This document shows positions 62,253 through 64,000 of a stretch of DNA of 64,000 nucleotides, piece by piece (position 1 is the stretch's first letter; each line of letters starts with the position of its first letter). The notes under the pieces are model-generated. The model was not told the DNA's origin. It was given only the letters and a program-made list of their open reading frames with translations, and did not search any database. The stretch spans positions 481,890 through 545,889 of the forward strand of contig CP060231.1 of NCBI GenBank assembly GCA_023898625.1. Reading direction: 5' to 3'. A program made the position numbers and the translations under genes. The DNA comes from Candidatus Nomurabacteria bacterium (GTDB lineage Bacteria > Patescibacteriota > Saccharimonadia > Saccharimonadales > JAGQNJ01).

Positions 62253-63404
62253 ATGGTAGATTGTGAGAAACTTGCTACGCAACAAATTGACTTGCAATAT
62301 CAACAATATGTAAGTCAATTACCTATTAATGATATTCCTCAAAAAATCGGGCTAAACAATGAAGATTATATACAATCAATTAGTCACGAGGATACTATAT
62401 CCATTGATGTCGTAGACTCATCCAGTAGCAGATTAACCATTCCTGTTATTACGTCACTAGACATTTTTCCTTGGTATAACAGAGACCTTATATCTAAATC
62501 GCTTCCAGGCTATTCTGTTAAATATATCCCTACATTGCCCGAAGGATTAAGTCATAATGATCAAGAAAAAGTCAATGATACTATCATTTCATCACTTAAT
62601 GCCGGCGATGCACTAGTGGTAGATGTTGATTTATCTAATCCTGATGATCGATTCAGGCCTCTGCAGACTGTTTCAGATATGGCCGGGATTAAAATTTGTA
62701 TAGATAATTTGGGTGGTGGTGAGGATGAGAGATATCTTAACCAGTACATAGCTAGGGTCACTTTTCAGAATGAACACACCGATTCGAGAAGTTTGTTCGC
62801 TTGCTACGAAGATATGGTTCAAGAAGGAATATTAGAGAATAATAGCCAAAATGGGCCATCATTGGCATTAAGTATAAAAGAATCTGAGATAAATAGTATT
62901 TGGCGTATGTACAAAGATAGGTTTGATGTACTAAGCGAAAATCATCCCGTTAATGCTGGATATAATGAAATTGAATTTAAGAATATTCTTAGAGACCCTA
63001 GTGTCGTTAAGGTTGTAAATAGAGTTGACGGCGAAGTAACTACCGTTTGTTTATTTCTTACTGATTTATACCAGTGTACCTGGTTAAATCGACAATATTT
63101 TTATGAAAACTATAGTTCTACAATCCAAAAGAATAATCTATTAGTATTCTTAGGGATTGTTACTGATGAGAGAAAACAGGGTAATGCGTATGCGACTGAT
63201 GTGGTTGATTTACTTGTAAGAGTGGCGGATGAGAAAAGTGAGCCAACGGTAATAACATTTGAGTGTAATGAAATATCTCAAAATGTAACTCCAATATTGG
63301 TCAAATCCGCAATAGAAAACAGTGGTCTTGGTATAGTAGAAGGTCTTGATAGGCAGGTATCTCAAATTGGTTTTTATGTAATCAGGAAAGCAACAAATAG
63401 TTAA
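62253..63404 (+). CDS. hypothetical protein, possible GNAT-like C-terminal half
   Basis: Starts 3 nt after pdaD. 'LLVFLGIVTDERKQGNAYATDVVDLL' weakly resembles acetyltransferase motif A. The N-terminal half is unrecognised. Confidence 0.35.
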   Translation: MVDCEKLATQQIDLQYQQYVSQLPINDIPQKIGLNNEDYIQSISHEDTISIDVVDSSSSRLTIPVITSLDIFPWYNRDLISKSLPGYSVKYIPTLPEGLSHNDQEKVNDTIISSLNAGDALVVDVDLSNPDDRFRPLQTVSDMAGIKICIDNLGGGEDERYLNQYIARVTFQNEHTDSRSLFACYEDMVQEGILENNSQNGPSLALSIKESEINSIWRMYKDRFDVLSENHPVNAGYNEIEFKNILRDPSVVKVVNRVDGEVTTVCLFLTDLYQCTWLNRQYFYENYSSTIQKNNLLVFLGIVTDERKQGNAYATDVVDLLVRVADEKSEPTVITFECNEISQNVTPILVKSAIENSGLGIVEGLDRQVSQIGFYVIRKATNS

Positions 63405-64000
63405 ATCAAGGAAATGCAATATTTTTTTAGGTACATAATGGGTTTTGCGTTTTGTTTGTTCTCTCGTAGCCCAGGAATGCCAAGGTCTTGCTCGTAATTA
63501 ACATATTTCACTCCCTCTTTATTCAGATATCTAAGTAGTTCAACCATCATGAATTCGTACATTCCTTTATGGGTTTTTAAGGCTTTGCCGAAATGTGTTA
63601 TTGCCCAATTTTGTTCGAGTAGTTCGTAAATACAATATGCTTCGAGCACAGAATTAACACGTATTCCAATACATCGTATTTGTAATGATTTTGACAAGTT
63701 TGAATAGTTGTCGAGTAGTTTATGTATTGCTTTTATATCACTTACATCAATAAACATATTAGAGTTTGATTCCTGTTTCCATCGCTGGTTAATATACTGA
63801 ATTTCATCGATATGTTTTGCATTCTTGAGGTCTAGCTCGCATATTTTAATATCCTTGCCAATGCTAGACAACAACTTGTTTATCTTCTTACGTTTATTTG
63901 AATACTTCGCACCTTCTAATTTAATTGCCTCATCAGTCGATAGTATGTAGTCATTATTATCTATGTCTTCGTACACTCTATACGATGCGTATTGATTGAT
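63401..64000 (-). CDS. DUF2156-like (MprF C-terminal / GNAT-fold) protein, 5' end outside window
   Basis: The frame stays open past the listed GTG 63976 to the window edge. 'GAKYSNKRKKINKL' and 'VNYEQDLGIPGLRENKQNAKP' resemble the DUF2156 family as I recall it. Confidence 0.4.
   Translation of the reverse strand: MNQYASYRVYEDIDNNDYILSTDEAIKLEGAKYSNKRKKINKLLSSIGKDIKICELDLKNAKHIDEIQYINQRWKQESNSNMFIDVSDIKAIHKLLDNYSNLSKSLQIRCIGIRVNSVLEAYCIYELLEQNWAITHFGKALKTHKGMYEFMMVELLRYLNKEGVKYVNYEQDLGIPGLRENKQNAKPIMYLKKYCISLI

Noticed and set aside
1-64000. CRISPR arrays, rRNA genes, transposases, integrases, reverse transcriptase/DGR
   Set aside because: I scanned both strands and all intergenic gaps over 100 bp. 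The only regular repeats are the coding NHL blades. No short direct-repeat/spacer arrays were found, and no recombinase or RT motifs appear in any ORF.

Overview
This is a 64-kb AT-rich bacterial chromosome segment with dense, often overlapping genes on both strands. Gene content looks like a streamlined, Gram-positive-type Patescibacteria/CPR genome, plausibly Saccharibacteria-like; that placement is inference from content, not a database hit. The housekeeping backbone includes recX, tsaE, tsaB, rny, glyA, folD, cls, the peptidoglycan genes murA, murB, murI and murD, a folC-like ligase, and five tRNAs (Pro-UGG, Gly-UCC, His-GUG, Arg-UCG, Lys-CUU). Interleaved are many envelope and host-interaction genes. 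These include two sortase loci with (L/V)PNTG substrates, a 12-blade NHL-repeat protein, and a polysaccharide deacetylase next to a processive GT2. There is also a minor-pilin operon, a cohesin/dockerin-like gene pair, beta-helix paralogs, a 1434-aa histidine kinase with a large ectodomain, and three stand-alone receiver proteins. The most unusual observations follow. (1) A 554-bp GC-rich insert bounded by perfect 15-bp inverted repeats lies between tRNA-Gly and tRNA-His and carries a small secreted-peptide gene. (2) An unlisted 55-codon ORF encodes little more than an LPNTG sorting signal and sits directly upstream of a sortase/GT2 pair. (3) A histidine kinase core is interrupted by a membrane hairpin. 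(4) An HTH domain is fused to MurA. (5) A PD-(D/E)xK + P-loop (DUF2075-like) gene sits in a small low-density islet with two coupled micro-ORFs and a repeated ~130-nt intergenic element. No CRISPR array, rRNA, transposase or integrase was seen. Two larger genes carry frameshifts, which may be real decay or assembly error.
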